A DNA stretch of 64,000 bases, taken from the NCBI GenBank assembly GCA_963743105.1, contig CAVUOS010000022.1, positions 67,044 to 131,043 of the forward strand, given 5' to 3'. How positions within the stretch are numbered: position 1 is the first letter of the stretch; each line of letters starts with the position of its first letter. Of the stretch, positions 63,565 through 64,000 are shown piece after piece. Both the position numbers and the translations under genes were made by a program. This DNA comes from Terriglobia bacterium. GTDB taxonomy: Bacteria > Acidobacteriota > Terriglobia > Terriglobales > Acidobacteriaceae. Below the pieces are notes generated by a model. That model had not been told where the DNA came from. It saw nothing but the letters and a program-made list of their open reading frames with translations, and searched no databases.

Positions 63565-64000
63565 ATGAATCGGATGATGGCTATTGTCGAGCGCGAGATG
63601 CGCAAATTCTTCCGCTCGCCGGCGCTGATGCTGGCGTCGATGATCTTCCCCCTGGTGCAACTGATCATTCTGGGCAACGCTTTCGGCGGAAAGATTCACG
63701 ATGCCAAGATCGCGATCGTCGACCAGGATGGCGGACCGCAGGCGCTGCAGGATCCGCGAGGCATTCGATTCGGTGCGCGCCAATATCCGCACATTTACGC
63801 CGATCCCTTACGACAGTGACAAGCAGGCAATGCGAAGATGTGCGCAACGGCAAGCTGCAAGGCGCGGTGATTATCCCGCCGCAGTTTTCGCGCCGCGTGT
63901 ACGAGCAGAATCATCCGCAGATTGCGTTGGTCGTCGACAACAGCGACAACTTCATGAGTTCGGCGGTTGAGGCTGAGCTCAGTGACCTGACCAATGCTCT
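63565..64000 (+). CDS. ABC-2 type transporter permease, N-terminal part (frame interrupted; 3' end outside window)
   Basis: MNRMMAIVEREMRKFFRSPALMLASMIFPLVQLIILGNAFGG..., continuing in other frames (AFDSVRANIRTFTPIPYDSDKQAM / GKLQGAVIIPPQFSRRVYEQNHPQIALVVDNSDNF). Confidence 0.7.

Overview
GC-rich chromosomal segment that looks like an Acidobacteriota (Terriglobia-type) genome. The pointers are a duplicated orphan MacB/FtsX permease (ADOP), a TonB receptor with a CarboxypepD_reg-type N-terminus, a CRTAC1/ASPIC-UnbV protein, and intergenic palindromes built from short repeated words. Content is mostly housekeeping or ordinary accessory: apbE, a GntR + TonB receptor + TPR + CRTAC1 cluster, a leuA-like/ilvB/ilvN operon behind an attenuator-like leader, glgX-treZ-treY for trehalose, an RcnR-controlled P1B metal ATPase cluster, folD, coaE, htrA, ggt, asnS, arginase, ddl, secreted hydrolases, and a TetR-HlyD-ABC efflux operon. 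I found no rRNA, tRNA or CRISPR array. The best finds are a SAM-I riboswitch that the ORF track hides (56205-56404), sitting in front of a ThrC-like enzyme plus a MoaD/ThiS-like sulfur carrier, and a degraded REP/RAYT unit with an eroded accessory patch (33.5-37.2 kb). From about 33.9 kb onward most genes carry frameshifts, including essential ones, but the pattern is patchy. I read this as indel errors in the sequence, not real pseudogenes. The many long ORFs antisense to real genes are shadow ORFs and are not reported.
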